Assembly (NCBI GenBank): GCA_000165345.1
Contig: CM000429.1
Coordinates: forward strand, 416,001 to 480,000
Length of the DNA: 64,000 nucleotides
Direction: 5' to 3'
Made by a program: the position numbers and the translations under genes. The notes under the pieces are model-generated. The model did no database searches. It saw nothing but the letters and a program-made list of their open reading frames with translations, and was not told where the DNA came from. How positions within the stretch are numbered: position 1 is the first letter of the stretch; the number at the start of each line of letters is the position of its first letter. This document shows, piece after piece, positions 31,401 to 40,061 of the stretch.

Positions 31401-34400
31401 TTTTACTTTGTCAAAGTTATCTTTAGAGTTACAAATACAACATAATCTTATAGCGGAGTTAAATCTAGCAGTGCATGACTCAAAAATTAAATATTATCAT
31501 AAAAACAAGAATGTTCTATATAATATTCCGGATACAGAAATATATTCTTTAAAAAAATATAATCAAAAAGAAACGGTTTCAAATTTTCTTTTAAATGGAG
31601 ATATTAAAACACACAACTTGATCACTATAGGAAAAAAATCTATTTTTAACTTCTGTAAATGGTATAATATAATTTCAACATCAAATATCTCTATTCAAGC
31701 TTTTATTTCTTCTATAAATTATATATATGCGGAAAAATTTAGAACCGAAAATGAAAATTTCCCAATAAAAAATTTTTATTCCAATAAAGGAAATGACAGT
31801 CATCTATTTGACTTAGAGGAATCTAAAAGTTACTCATATTATTATGAACCCAATACGCCTCTAGTACTTATTGAGAAACTTGGTGAAGTTCAAATATCAA
31901 TTTTAAGCGCAATGATAATCATTCCATTTGAAACAATGAGCTCTAACAATTCAAGTTTATCGATTGACATTTCACAATTTATTAGAGAGTGTTTGGAATT
32001 GATGGATAACAAATTGCTATTACTGCCGAAGAATAGATTACTTTGGCTTAATGACCAAGCTTTAAAAAGTACATTAAGCCAATTTGATCAACCAATTAAA
32101 ATACTGAACAACCCAATTTTAATTGATTATTCTTTAAAGAGGGTTCTTACAGATGAAGTAATTATTTCAAAAAATGTCACTTTTACTTCTAATGATTTGG
32201 TAGTGTTGACAACTTCAACATTAGATGATACTCAGGATAGAGTTAAACTATTATGGGATATATTAATTCATTTAAAAAACAAAGATGACTCAAAATTATT
32301 GTCGAATAATGTAATTACTTGGATGGAAGATTGGGAAGATAAATTTATCTCAACAAAAGTAAAAGATAATGATAGTTTTGATCCTCGAATTTATGTTGAG
32401 TATTTGAATACATATTCGTTTCCAAAAATCAAAAAGAAAGATATATTGGATTCTTCTAAACAGCATGATAAAAAAACAAAATTTAATTCATTACTTGAAT
32501 CTCAACCTATTCAGTTAATGAGAGAATTTTTTGTTAAGTTGTATTCCGAAAGTATTTTTCAAAGAAAATATTGGCCTGTTTTTATAGGCACAATTCCAAT
32601 TTGTGATTTGGAGCCTTCTAACCATTATTCTAGTTCCTCACTAGATTATAATCAGAGACACTCAGAGAATAAATCAATTTGTGATTCCCAATCATTTGTC
32701 TCAAATTTAAGAGAAATGAATGCACCATGCAGTGTTTCATTTTGGCTATTCCCAATCAACCTTGACAAATATCAAGATAAATTTTCAATTTCAAATAATA
32801 AAAAATTTGAAATCTATAAAAATAAAATAAATGGAGACTTTGAAGAGTGCAATTTATTTGAAACAAAAATTTTTGAATATAATAAAGATGGAAAATGGAA
32901 ATTGATTGCATATAGAGGAATCACAGTTTCAACTATTTCATTTTGGATTACAGATATGGGAAACTTAGGTATTATAGTTAATTCACCAAACAAAAATTAT
33001 CCATTAAATCTAATGCTAAATAACAATACTGCTAACAATCATAGTCAAGTTTCAGAGACTCTAACATTTTCGTCGTTTATTCAGAATAAGTCATCAGCTA
33101 TTGAATTCCATACAACAATTATAATATCAAATCGAAAAATTAATTTGGATCAATGGAATCATATTACAGTTACGATTGGTTCTGAAAAAAAAACAGAAAA
33201 TTTTTCTAATTCTAGAATAGATAACAGTTATTCTGTAAAACTTTATATCAATGGTTTGTTTGATGAGTGTAAAAATATTCCAACAGAGAATATTCCCTTG
33301 ATAGGAGGTGATTTACCTTGGATTATTGGTTGTCACAAATATTTAAGAACAGATTCTTTGAATAATTACGTTTCTCAAAGTGCTCAAGATGATTCTTTAA
33401 TAAAAGAAATACCTAATATATTTTTGGGACAGGACATTAGCTCATCTAAGCTTTTAAGGTACTTAGGATCCAATAAAAATTATTTAAAATTGGTAACAGG
33501 GGAACCTTTGTTTGGCCTCGTAGCAAATTTCATTGTAATTCATTTTGAATGGGAAATAGAAAATATTCATGACTATATTAAAAAAACATTTGATGAAATA
33601 TTATTTCAAGACGAATTAGATGAAATGAATAACTCTGAAGATCTATTAAACAACTCAAATCCAAAAATTGCAAGAACATGTTCAAATTCAAAGTTTCGCA
33701 ATTCTTCAAAATACTCTAAAACTCTATTACATGTGTTTTCAAATAATTGGAAGAATAAACCAATTGTTTCTCATTTTAATAATATTTGGCAACAAGAATA
33801 CATCAATATTAAAATTAACTCAAATAAAGAAGTGAAAACAGAAGAAGTAAATAGAGAAAAGGAATTACTAAATATATCGATTCCAAAAATTTTCATGAAT
33901 AATAATATTTTTAATAGAAAAATGCACATTAAATTAGATATAGTCGTATTGGAAAAACTTGAAATTATCAGCTACGAAGAATTGATTAAAAAAAACAGAA
34001 AAACTAAGAGAAGCATGGATAAATGTTCATGCAAAGATTCTCCAATTGACACAATAGTTATTATTGAAAAAAATAACTTTGAAGGCTCCCTATTTGTATT
34101 AAGGTTAAAATACTTAAACAATTTATTTAGTGATTTAGTACTAAATAAACTGAAAAAAGAATTGGATGCTATATTTGAGAGAGAAGTTAGAACTCCCAAT
34201 AATGATTCATTTTCGAATAATGTGAATCATAATCTAAATATTTTGCATGATACGTACTCTAACCATGATATAATTAAAAAATTTGAACATTATTGTAATT
34301 TTAATAGTAAAAATACTAATAATATATTTATTCAAAAGGGAAGTATAGCTGAATATATTGAAAATAAACAAAATACAGAGTTAGAAGAACTAGAAAATAT

Positions 34401-36321
34401 ACAATTTAATGAAATTTCAAGTAAAGAAGTGCATGAAATAATACCTTCAGTTGGTGAATACATTAATTTTTTATTTAATGAAATAAAGTTATCGGAACCA
34501 ATTTTTCCAATACTTAATGATTTAAAACCATCTATATTTGAAGAGAAGGTTGGCTGTCAAAACTGCAAAGTTGTAATTCTTAACTATTTGAATATTTGTA
34601 ATACTATTTTAAAAAGAATTTCGATATTATTTGTCTCCATTTTCAGTTTCATTGAAATAGTATCGCCAAGACCAAGTATTTTCAAGTATTCTTGGTTAAA
34701 AATGACAAGAAGGTATTTGAGTTTATCCTTGAAGGAGGTATTGATTAATTTATGTCTCACAATAACTGAGGATTCAAAAGCTGATGGAAAAGTTAGAGTA
34801 GCCATTAATAGGACAAAATCAATAATAAGAAATAAAGAAATACTATATTTTGATGATCAATTTATATTCGATAGCGTATTTGGCCAACTTTATATTATTC
34901 TGGAAAAAGTGCCCATTTACAGGCTTCGTTGCAAAAAAAGACCTTGGTATGTTATTTATGAGGGCGAAGGTGGAATTGATGCAGGTGGGATATATAGAGA
35001 TTTGTTATCTCACATTTGTCTTGAACTTCAAAGCGATAAATTACCATTATTTGTTGTTTGCCCAAATTCATATGGATACGGAGAAAATCAGTTTTATTTT
35101 GTTCCAAATCCAAGTCTTGGAAAAAAATTTACTTTCAATGACAGTTTTAAAGTTGAAAAAAACACAAATACTAATTTAAAAGATATAAATACCGAAAAAA
35201 AAATTAAATATGGTAATTCTGGAGGCTGCATAAAGTTGATTTACGATTCATTATATACATTCATTGGAAGATTAATGGGAATATCTATCAGAACTCAAAT
35301 TCCATTAAACCTAGATATACCTAATATTATTTGGAAATTAATATTGGGCGAGAGTGTTTCACTAAATGATTTGAAACAAATTGATTGGTATTCTGTTAAA
35401 TTCTATTTAAAGTTAAAACAAATAGAATGTAATTGGAAAAACAGCGATATTAAGGACAAGAGTAGAAAAGGATTAATACTGGAAGAGTTTGATTCACTTC
35501 AATTAAATTGGTCCTGTTTAAATATTAATGGTGAAGTCGTAGAATTAAAACTTGATGGAGAGAAAATACCCGTAAGAATAGATGAGCTCGGAAAATACTG
35601 TAATTTGTTCAAAGAATATAAGCTTGAGAGAGAATTTTTACATGCAACAAATAACATTAGGAAGGGGATTACGGAAATAATTCCTGAAAACATTTTAGAA
35701 TTACAAACTTGTGAAGAACTGGAAAGATTGATTTGCGGAAACCCCTCTTTGGATATCGATGAGTTAAAACAACATACAAAATATACTGGCTATTCTTCAA
35801 ATGACAAAATTATTAATTGGTTTTGGGATGTATTATCGGAATTGACAGTGCTTCAACAACAAATGTTTCTTAGGTTTGTATGGGGAAGAAGCAGACTTCC
35901 AAGCAAAGGAGCTCAGTGGGAGTGCAATATGGAAATAGTCAGAGTTTATGCTTCTGAAAACACAATTCATGGCGGGGGAACTATTGTTGAAAATATTGAT
36001 CGAATACCTAGTTTCTCCAATTTAAATTCAGAAGAGTTTGATTACATAGAAGATGAATTAGAACACGATAATGATCAATTGAACACTGAATTGATCGATC
36101 AAACGTATTTCAGGGAGCAATCAACTTCGAATATCACATCAGGAGATTTATCTGTACATGGAAATAAGGAAGATCATTTACTTCCTACTAGTCATACTTG
36201 TTTTTTCCAATTAGAATTACCCGGATACTCATCTAAAAAAATACTAAAGGAAAAATTATTGTATGCAATTACTGAAGGAGTTGCAATTGACATAGACAAT
36301 GTAGTACTTGATAATAATTAG
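22483..36321 (+). CDS. Giant HECT-type E3 ubiquitin ligase, 4612 aa, encoded as a single uninterrupted exon. It has a long N-terminal helical/low-complexity region, an SPRY domain, a UBA domain and a C-terminal HECT domain.
   Basis: Continuous 13,839-nt ORF. The C-terminus is FLRFVWGRSRLPS...LPTSHTCFFQLELPGYSSKKILKEKLLYAITEG, i.e. the HECT C-lobe with the catalytic Cys in HTCF (codon 36199..36201). Upstream is the N-lobe WYVIYEGEGGIDAGGIYRDLLSHICLELQSD. Confidence 0.9.
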   Translation: MGNNIDLITYEQSNYEVNELDKLYLQLGNYIGRKDENIYIRELLKYFLQNYYDLNPNIIEDWWKRREQLFLSVDELIWSNPKMFDDSLCELNFATEEMKTLTMTSNTKNKISKYLEKLNCIINDEFSIVGSFNWEEYIGIRLQCYVNLMITLRRLQLKLLDYDKNNYFGLNKLLFKTNQSSEDIFFLINKVFNENFVNLETYTKINQVFLKQKLTNNFKREKLNFIPEDEILNHFMNFTIPKSLDEIYKKNTSSSEIVLLVRCVLGYIWSYYKVIFLSNESVQNQIFLNVDNLFPKEIITGTTDKNAMLCLSEVIKTLLINIIFNSMISESNENLCLLEDLIKLVLQLGNNILLSVCENKSSMNKCFVFGSNKVTNSDLENKSLLMKMLENMFSEDGFFVSIVKICLIAISILTTGVNHFLAKNGQKESNANQNLSENYKNNVKNSQKCSYFSNDICIITIIMRLVSECKYLMQRLWNLYMFLSNEVNCCNSPDLIKEEIYCYGPMQFHSSPRNTFIVEFHEKHSIGTINDSQNKLNKKFELEVLEKHKYYWKLIRVQNASHIIILFDSNCSTEKNTDILEIFWSRENYSSDRINKNFNDLRSQYNESLFGKLSGPKHLWPKKPTIYEGNTLLVVFRTSIESLDQISDDKWGFRIYFQCHYWDQVIENKISHKISDNKTEFKHREILLYNLKEVFIFSAVAVSSSLSFMLRGPNIKRIERNFNEILDSLLFAGGLDINYEKEFPHFSNLKKSDLVPFNTGNKNLVTFADFNSHSMALIDSKNSMHGSLLKNGITLDKKVNNDLFYRFLPNIDEIKDQIINNLHWGFIVNFVLSLSSIIHYNAKKNHFNLSIELMNDKTFMKIVKNDSITARFGSEKLSMVVRSYISCYLHHLGLYYNIFQLCESLFNFGLGLERIIQLAWEFYSNNNLEHIYNDFLFEFIIKFILKQESCQPLLNVWTLGRKFRSWIIMEKHKIEINQPEEKIIYESRNSIETDFDGLLKSIICNTSLILNLVPFSGSKHASIYSKNDLNRSENFMDNLYEDASNNYDIGGSKYVFYPNRNICLVLESIIGFNKYELLLNKCYTEKSKSLVNFESNKDSVIDTKSSFLDYNELEKLNNSQVIREICDGIENLIKSANYFGKMKYNESEESFFGMDTVLCIRRFRAISRFEAFRILSTLFNDENINEFLLTSLIKSIRSMGEETLCFSPINNYNETGILESHTHNYLYFSSEYYKKDENHRTLEVHYSDNLVGCGKKVQKQVKDAYFKLLHSLINGKAVASKGAEILKMSLFAYFALKKAESYDFLKTGFPDRILYLMTGCNKSCELGNECIPSVSLGPYPVFLVYSIICLKCSLQENSAIKLSLIFSSFVGLSHSISISGEFKGQLTSRELWRISEIYFMGKILILTSKMTNFLKKIEISKTEQKIYLEYFKYIFNRRHNINSSIKSPELIDDLFVKFFYIKPSILSNIICRALDSSNQILHFYCIKFLWKFLPLTSTKDFLEQYSRRLIPNNYLIKSKTLEKLNYIDCFEGYLEKIGQSLVLFNSFEEESKIHPPAVLVNSLETGLLYSFNDQLGSLLDNNNRFINNNDDFYKNIIFLLRLIALYSEKNEQKYNEVSFKKIDLELIHMGFVQLLSEQIYKIPTLLDSLLNLDEHLKLEEVYRCIGMLAVIIDDYDFETHVGKLIHFQENQLIESKNEISKMGILISNNPLKKEYSILINDFKSIEVKKFSYNSINILNKTNISFPMKFIISKLNFDIIKIITSILKISFQYLSSLSTNIDNLEKYFSIKIMEYGATISNLEKKKLVALQIISMSLSFINMLIDNGYISTLNLSNDRNVNQLIELINAITKIGIVNLPSINEKDGISSNISIILSRRFIQRTLQKNQFSSSGYYPIFKKSTQADLLKNSPYTNIMLTLPTKWEIKNQCFYFKNKNTIIFNINHHLFQDKGNSTMFTANCYIPTLLSFYYFEINFSFSDEMPRHNELKTNFCFLSELDLAFCVCIGLYRDGCQKGISGSFGSYAYKNTGKLVHGCDEKEFSEQKVENFCIGDTVGCGIDFTNKVVFFTKNGRIIRYQSSQYTFMQESLCKKKSDYPKFNNVMGHFKPAIWIERSKYDFDTNKYLIVNANFGQELFKYKYINKLNSNNILSLENEELSIFRNNSEQLTFNNFLCNNYSELSKAELNRRTLAFELHEIINNDNFPLSVCIHALENCKDNLELAANWLLEKNFQNSSSTSIPSEFHFSSDSTNSGIKTCSDGTKCNKVIYSEKEYLIDKLISSKNKSTEYHSSKYFELINTFIFNKYNQELNFIKDNYFEISKYFLIFGSFGENPLHRIENYVLTNYSQNVNIQNYLSGDIWFNSQFDFQGYDRKNLPSEFVEQQISNLTLQLLHKRNSFTGASFSQKTKKNSFLPGTIVEIAQNFKYWICGVEENDCFASEIISMKSMGTIIDLNNSPKCRIIYFLRKLSKFTGVVWSCSQITNSTLVQFFDYYSLVYYLVNLPSNFLIETSTNIGLSNERVTYNKGTKLKAFQDYIENIFSSNIHNENGRTFFYGRLPQVFHLYFKFELIKCIQSTREAISKNLNKVHKYLFGQSNHKRLNSLENILQIFKLVFGSKCPKISDYFVPMYTKERLFSIYYTNLLNQENMIGYTRFLEEFPKKETIKFTDIILREYISTIKAGIYSEIPIIKIETTHPCECLIDKKYDISFKDCDYFFAIFDPLCEISSDNLSFFKITFNDCLDGKKITLLKATGRGLSGCKLVIPTNLFTIYLVTSSQNNNKYGIKACFIPMRYSISDYKLMENKNIHFSYILLDLILKNVGNNIDITHIKKIVEILLFVLFEIHIPKQIYSCKQISNKNISSFSSKEEKVIPIQNSFIHIVQQLINIFIKYPEVICNISQKSIVILDYLNTFFNIVYLIQMDQLQIVTNHGRNVNIKYCIMLQLHYLLFFYKNNKMDFLINNKYSRESNFGKLSNFTLSKLSLELQIQHNLIAELNLAVHDSKIKYYHKNKNVLYNIPDTEIYSLKKYNQKETVSNFLLNGDIKTHNLITIGKKSIFNFCKWYNIISTSNISIQAFISSINYIYAEKFRTENENFPIKNFYSNKGNDSHLFDLEESKSYSYYYEPNTPLVLIEKLGEVQISILSAMIIIPFETMSSNNSSLSIDISQFIRECLELMDNKLLLLPKNRLLWLNDQALKSTLSQFDQPIKILNNPILIDYSLKRVLTDEVIISKNVTFTSNDLVVLTTSTLDDTQDRVKLLWDILIHLKNKDDSKLLSNNVITWMEDWEDKFISTKVKDNDSFDPRIYVEYLNTYSFPKIKKKDILDSSKQHDKKTKFNSLLESQPIQLMREFFVKLYSESIFQRKYWPVFIGTIPICDLEPSNHYSSSSLDYNQRHSENKSICDSQSFVSNLREMNAPCSVSFWLFPINLDKYQDKFSISNNKKFEIYKNKINGDFEECNLFETKIFEYNKDGKWKLIAYRGITVSTISFWITDMGNLGIIVNSPNKNYPLNLMLNNNTANNHSQVSETLTFSSFIQNKSSAIEFHTTIIISNRKINLDQWNHITVTIGSEKKTENFSNSRIDNSYSVKLYINGLFDECKNIPTENIPLIGGDLPWIIGCHKYLRTDSLNNYVSQSAQDDSLIKEIPNIFLGQDISSSKLLRYLGSNKNYLKLVTGEPLFGLVANFIVIHFEWEIENIHDYIKKTFDEILFQDELDEMNNSEDLLNNSNPKIARTCSNSKFRNSSKYSKTLLHVFSNNWKNKPIVSHFNNIWQQEYINIKINSNKEVKTEEVNREKELLNISIPKIFMNNNIFNRKMHIKLDIVVLEKLEIISYEELIKKNRKTKRSMDKCSCKDSPIDTIVIIEKNNFEGSLFVLRLKYLNNLFSDLVLNKLKKELDAIFEREVRTPNNDSFSNNVNHNLNILHDTYSNHDIIKKFEHYCNFNSKNTNNIFIQKGSIAEYIENKQNTELEELENIQFNEISSKEVHEIIPSVGEYINFLFNEIKLSEPIFPILNDLKPSIFEEKVGCQNCKVVILNYLNICNTILKRISILFVSIFSFIEIVSPRPSIFKYSWLKMTRRYLSLSLKEVLINLCLTITEDSKADGKVRVAINRTKSIIRNKEILYFDDQFIFDSVFGQLYIILEKVPIYRLRCKKRPWYVIYEGEGGIDAGGIYRDLLSHICLELQSDKLPLFVVCPNSYGYGENQFYFVPNPSLGKKFTFNDSFKVEKNTNTNLKDINTEKKIKYGNSGGCIKLIYDSLYTFIGRLMGISIRTQIPLNLDIPNIIWKLILGESVSLNDLKQIDWYSVKFYLKLKQIECNWKNSDIKDKSRKGLILEEFDSLQLNWSCLNINGEVVELKLDGEKIPVRIDELGKYCNLFKEYKLEREFLHATNNIRKGITEIIPENILELQTCEELERLICGNPSLDIDELKQHTKYTGYSSNDKIINWFWDVLSELTVLQQQMFLRFVWGRSRLPSKGAQWECNMEIVRVYASENTIHGGGTIVENIDRIPSFSNLNSEEFDYIEDELEHDNDQLNTELIDQTYFREQSTSNITSGDLSVHGNKEDHLLPTSHTCFFQLELPGYSSKKILKEKLLYAITEGVAIDIDNVVLDNN
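28340..28890 (+). other. SPRY (B30.2-like) domain within the giant HECT ligase, about aa 1954-2136.
   Basis: ...GLYRDGCQKGISGSFGSYAYKNTGKLVHGCDEKEFSEQKVENFCIGDTVGCGIDFTNKVVFFTKNGRII... matches the SPRY C-terminal consensus (GDVIGCxxDxxxxxxxFxKNG). Confidence 0.65.
29015..29175 (+). other. UBA (ubiquitin-associated) domain within the giant HECT ligase, about aa 2178-2231.
   Basis: ELNRRTLAFELHEIINNDNFPLSVCIHALENCKDNLELAANWLLEKNF gives the three-helix UBA pattern with conserved hydrophobics and a G/N turn, ending in an xxWLLE helix. Confidence 0.5.
34840..36318 (+). other. HECT catalytic domain (N-lobe with inserts, and C-lobe) of the giant ligase.
   Basis: See the parent CDS. The active-site Cys codon TGT is at 36199..36201. 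The four residues after it are SKKI...; the protein ends ...AIDIDNVVLDNN. Confidence 0.85.
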
Positions 36322-36502
36322 GAGTAATATTGGTTACATAACTTACTTAAATATATTCAATTTTTTGAACAATTATTTAGCGCTACAATTTCTTTAATAT
36401 TTATTTTCAAATTGTATAACTGAATAATTGAGTTAATGAATTAATGGAAATAAACAAAGATTTGGAAGAGGAATAAGGAAATTGAAATCAAACTTAAATA
36501 TT

Positions 36503-38030
36503 ATGAATTCATTAGTACAAAACTCTCCTTTTTCATCAATGATGAACTTTACTTTTTTTGACCAAGCAAAAAAGATATTACAATCAGAAGAATCTAATAA
36601 ATTAGAAAAGTATAAAATTTGGAAGGAAAACACATCATTACTCTATGAAAATATAATGACTCATATTTTGGAGTGGCCATCACTATCAGTACAGTGGATG
36701 TGTGAAAGTAGTATTTCTGATGTTGAAAGCTTTTACTCTGATGAAGGTATAAACGAAACATCAAAGTATTCTTTGTTAACAGGCACCCATACATCAGGAA
36801 TGGACCAAGATTATATTATTATATTGGATGTTTTATTACCAAATTGCCCCATTCCAGAAAATTGTAGGAAATTCGATTCTCATAGCGATTATGCTGGCTT
36901 TACAATACCACATATGGAAGCTGACTCAAATAATTTTAGTCAAAGAATCCTAATTCCACACGATGGAGAAGTAAATCGAGTTGTTAGTTCTCCCATGAAT
37001 AGGAACATTATTGCATCCAAAACTGTGGTGGGCAATGTTAATATTTACGATTTAAATAGCTTAGTGGACGAAAAAATGGTTAAAGGAACTGTTAAAACTG
37101 AAAATAATCCATCATTAATTTTATGCGGTCATGAGTTAGAAGGTTGGGCTTTAAGTTGGAATAAAATTAAAGAGTCCTATTTGGCAAGCGGTTCGGATGA
37201 TAATGTTATTTGCTTATGGGATATTCAAAGTAAACCAAATAATTATGAAAGGAAATTAAAACCGATTCTTAAATTCATGGGGCATGAAAAAAGCGTTCAA
37301 GATATCTCATGGAATCCTTCAAATGAGAATATTATGATTTCAGTTGGAGATGATGGGTTAATAATGATTTGGGATATTCGTGAATCAGCCTCACCATGCT
37401 GCACTATAAAAACGTTAAAAGAACATTGTTCTGACAATACAAAAATTAACTTTAATTTTAAAAAGTCGGTTGGATATTCTTGTATTGGCCATTGTAGTAC
37501 AAATATTAATAGCCTTAACACAATTGAATTCAATCCATTTCAAACAAACATTATTGCTGTTGGAGGGAGCGACCCCGTGATAGCGATATTTGATATTAGA
37601 AACATGAGCAAACGACTTCACTCACTTAACGGGCATTCTGGACAAATAAATCGTTTAAGTTTCCTCTTAGAAAATGAGTCATTATTGGCATCTGCGTCTT
37701 CAGACTCTACAGTTTCGGTAAGTTTAATTTAAGATTAAATTTATAGACCTAATTACGATAAACTTTCAGATTTGGGATTTATCAAAAATTGGAATGGAAC
37801 AAAGACCTGATGAAGTTGAAGATGGTGTACCGGAGCTAATTTTTACTCATAGTGGGCATACTTCTCCAGTAATAGATTTGTCTTGCATGACTAACTATTT
37901 ACAGACGACTACATTTGCAAGTATAAGCGAAAACAATTATTTGCATATTTGGAGCCCAGGAGAAGCTATGTTTCTTTCAGATGATGAAGATGAAGAACTT
38001 GAAAGGATAAAAGATATCCAAGTTGAATAA
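36503..38030 (+). CDS. MSI1: Histone-binding WD40 protein RbAp46/48 (MSI1/RBBP4; a subunit of CAF-1, NuRD and PRC2). It has 2 exons, 36503..37717 and 37770..38030. The track ORF starts at an in-frame TTG at 36482.
   Basis: The N-terminus reads EKYKIWKENTSLLYENIMTHILEWPSLSVQWMCE, matching RBBP4 ([34 protein letters not shown]). Exon 1 ends TVS|GTAAGT (donor 37718). The acceptor is TTTCAG (AG 37768-37769). Exon 2 reads IWDLSKIGMEQRPDEVEDGVPELIFTHSGHTSPVIDLSCMTNY..., matching RBBP4 ([44 protein letters not shown]). Confidence 0.85.
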
Positions 38031-38101
38031 ACGTACATTTTATTCAGAAAAATTACATCAGATTTTGCGGCAAATTGACATTTTTCAATTAGCAATGAAT
38101 T

Positions 38102-38659
38102 ATGGAGTACACGAATAGAAAGCTTTACGGAGGAGCAATAACATTAAATATCCCAAAGGAATTTGATGATATCAGTAATGTGAGAGATGTTCCTGATCAT
38201 CAAGAGGTTTTTGTTGATGGGTTTTCAGAAAGTAGTATAATTGTTGAAATTTTGGATCCTATTGATTTTGCTGGATGCAGGAACGTCGCAGAATATTATT
38301 TTATGGATATTTCTGAATTCAACAGTTCATTAGATACGAGAATAATATATTCTGAACCACTGTCTACGTATTCCAATGATTTAGAAATTTCCAAATGTTT
38401 TGGTAATCAGAAATTAGATAAGAGATATCCAGATGGAATTCGAAGAGAAGAATTAGAATTATATTTGCTAGTATTGAGAGTTGTCTCAAAGAAGGCTGAC
38501 ATTGTTATATCTTTCAACAATCCAACGGGATGTGCAGCTGTCAAAAAATCTTTGCATACAAACACCGACGATAGAAGACATACAGAAAAGGAAATAAGAG
38601 AAATTATGGACGAGATATTAAGGAGCTTCATAATAAAAGATTATAATCTATTCTTATAG
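38102..38659 (+). CDS. MOG1: Ran-binding protein Mog1 (RANGRF), 185 aa.
   Basis: RKLYGGAITLNIPKEFDDISNVRDVPDHQEVFVDGFSESSIIVEILD matches Mog1 ([46 protein letters not shown]). Confidence 0.65.
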   Translation: MEYTNRKLYGGAITLNIPKEFDDISNVRDVPDHQEVFVDGFSESSIIVEILDPIDFAGCRNVAEYYFMDISEFNSSLDTRIIYSEPLSTYSNDLEISKCFGNQKLDKRYPDGIRREELELYLLVLRVVSKKADIVISFNNPTGCAAVKKSLHTNTDDRRHTEKEIREIMDEILRSFIIKDYNLFL

Positions 38660-38723
38660 AATATTATATTTACATTAGAACAAAATTTTAATATTACTTA
38701 TCTAAAGCTATAGTAGTAGCGGA

Positions 38724-39965
38724 TTAGTTATTATTACTTCCCCTTACATCGACTTTACAAAGTGGGCAGATTACAGACATCTTGAACCATTCCTTAATAC
38801 ACTGATGGTGAAAGATATGCTGACAGTCTAATCTAACCACAAAATCTCCTTCATTAACCTCGGATAAGCAAACTGTACACAGCGGAGCATCATCTGATGA
38901 ACTACAAGTTTCATTCCCTTCTCCATAATAATATGATTTTTGTGTTATTTTATTTACGATTTCATTATTTATCCCTCGGCTATTATTGGAGTCAGCAGAA
39001 CCAAATATTCGATCGACGTCTGAAGGAGGGAGGTGGGCGAGAGCCTGCAATATTGAAAATGGCCTGCTTCTAGGGGGAAGGCGTATTATATTTTCTAATA
39101 AGTGAACAGGAAGAAGGTCAACAATCGATGGTGTTAGACTGCCTTGGCAATAAATTGTTGTATTATCACCTATCCGAGCTTTTACACCAGCAGGATCTGT
39201 TGCAATTATTTTAAATTGAACACCATTGTATGTAAAGCTTTCCCCTTCTGAAAAAGGGTGGAATGTATATCTCGATAGGAATGGTTTGAGATAGTCTTGG
39301 AATATATCAAATGAATATGTTTGAGGCAAAGTATCTGAAAATGGCATTACATGAATTCTTTTAAATTCACCAAAACAATCCCAGTTAATGTAAACTGCTG
39401 TATTTCCGTCAATAACGCCAACTTGAGTTGGCTCGCATGCCCATACGAGAAATGTTATCCCATCTATTTCCACTTTTCTTCCAACATATATAGGTTCTTT
39501 CCTCTTTTTCTGAAAGTATGGCTCAATGTAAAGTCTACAGAGCTGATCACTTCCACATAGATTTTCAACTTCAGAATTTGACACTTCAATTTCCCTTTCA
39601 AATTCTCTTTGATCTTGCAATAACCTGTTTAGTCGAATAGTAGAAACCTTTTGTGCAAGAGGTGAAAGCGCAGCATTAAATGGAGGCAGTGCCAAGAAGT
39701 GCACTTTTTGTAACGACATTAATGGCTTACCATTTGCAAATACTTGAGTTGACTCAGATAATGCGCCCCCTTCTACTGGATCGCAAAACAACACAACAAA
39801 ATAATTCCTTTCATCAATATAAACTTTGTCGAACGGTTTCAATACTCTGTTTTCTACCTCATACTTCCGTAATACCTTAAGCAGAAGCTCGATGTCATGC
39901 TGTTCCTTCCATGGAAGTAATTGTATTCTTGATAGAACATTTTTCAATTGTTCACCAGAATCCAT
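38724..39965 (-). CDS. RING-H2 finger E3 ubiquitin ligase, 413 aa. The RING is C-terminal.
   Basis: CTVCLSEVNEGDFVVRLDCQHIFHHQCIKEWFKMSVICPLCKVDV has C3H2C3 spacing. The N-terminal roughly 350 aa are unrecognised. Antisense ORFs 39351..39560 and 39680..39880 rejected. Confidence 0.75.
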   Translation of the reverse strand: MDSGEQLKNVLSRIQLLPWKEQHDIELLLKVLRKYEVENRVLKPFDKVYIDERNYFVVLFCDPVEGGALSESTQVFANGKPLMSLQKVHFLALPPFNAALSPLAQKVSTIRLNRLLQDQREFEREIEVSNSEVENLCGSDQLCRLYIEPYFQKKRKEPIYVGRKVEIDGITFLVWACEPTQVGVIDGNTAVYINWDCFGEFKRIHVMPFSDTLPQTYSFDIFQDYLKPFLSRYTFHPFSEGESFTYNGVQFKIIATDPAGVKARIGDNTTIYCQGSLTPSIVDLLPVHLLENIIRLPPRSRPFSILQALAHLPPSDVDRIFGSADSNNSRGINNEIVNKITQKSYYYGEGNETCSSSDDAPLCTVCLSEVNEGDFVVRLDCQHIFHHQCIKEWFKMSVICPLCKVDVRGSNNN

Positions 39966-40061
39966 TTTATAACGGTATGAAATAAATTTTAGTAATTTGC
40001 AAAACGCGCGGCCACATTTTTACCGCTCAAATAGTTCAAACAGTAATTTGAGATCAATATA

